The notes under the pieces: generated by a model
What the model saw: the letters and a program-made list of their open reading frames with translations, nothing else
Databases searched by the model: none
Told to the model about the DNA's origin: nothing
Assembly: GCA_965116565.1 (NCBI GenBank)
Contig: OZ220699.1
Span: 3,658,858-3,722,857, forward strand
Reading direction: 5' to 3'
From: Dehalococcoidia bacterium
GTDB taxonomy: Bacteria > Chloroflexota > Dehalococcoidia > Lucifugimonadales > UBA3495
Length of the DNA: 64,000 nucleotides
Translations under genes and position numbers: made by a program
Shown here: in pieces, positions 63,856 through 64,000 of the stretch
Layout: each line of letters starts with the position of its first letter
Position numbering within the stretch: position 1 is the first letter of the stretch

Positions 63856-64000
63856 CTGCGATAGTCGGGGATGGCCAAAGGTCAGGGAGTGGTTTGAAAG
63901 CCCCGACTGATGGGAAACACATCTATATGATAACAAATCGACGCAAACAAGCCCTTGGCGCTCAGAATTTGTAGAAGTGGTGGCGGATTTCAAAGTCGAC

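Overview
64-kb high-GC bacterial chromosomal window using the standard genetic code: all conserved genes read through cleanly, and TAG, TAA and TGA all terminate good genes. All calls come from reading the translations and the DNA by eye. No BLAST, HMM or Rfam search was possible, so family names rest on remembered motifs, and GC differences were judged by eye rather than computed. The lineage is unknown. Many F420/LLM oxidoreductases, hydantoinase, amidases, HEPN/MNT and Uma2 genes suggest an environmental Chloroflexota-like organism, but this is weak inference.

Core content:
- Nitrogen block: two ammonium transporters, a GSI-beta glnA and a GSI-alpha-type GS.
- yhhQ, rhodanese, an isopropylmalate/tartrate dehydrogenase homologue and a family-5 ABC solute-binding lipoprotein.
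- SDR epimerase, two LLM oxidoreductases and a Zn-ADH.
- hyuA/hyuB, cyclase, a GatC-like small protein with amidase, a disulfide reductase and a TRAP DctM.
- rpmB, rpe, argH, pterin dehydratase, isochorismatase, two PIG-L deacetylases, ALDH, two SAM methyltransferases, dcd and glyA.

Accessory content:
- Two HepT/MNT pairs, one of them with a tandem degenerate MNT.
- A tandem-DUF433 plus HEPN cassette in which the HEPN gene carries an in-frame TAG.
- An Eco29kI-like GIY-YIG restriction-modification pair.
- Three Uma2 genes.
- A complete IS256-family element with an 8-bp target duplication that splits an unknown gene.
- Several decayed genes.

No tRNA, rRNA or CRISPR array was found.

Best candidates for something undescribed:
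1. A translationally coupled DUF4365-nuclease plus two-domain partner cassette in a low-GC patch (51144-52447).
2. A 301-bp, 297/301-identical inverted repeat pair 21.4 kb apart (37921-38221 and 59664-59964). Each copy has a GGGTTTC-rich leader and a stem-closed core, and related GT-rich or 9-bp-repeat regions occur elsewhere.
3. Duplicated unannotated single-TM peptide cassettes (29110-29259 and 29440-29601), each with a conserved upstream TGTTAC-containing box (palindromic only in cassette A) and its own terminator.
4. The DUF433x2-HEPN cassette.
5. The pseudo-MNTx2-HepT pair.
6. 11-bp-phased GTTAC-type pentamer arrays upstream of both amt genes, which resemble GlnR boxes.
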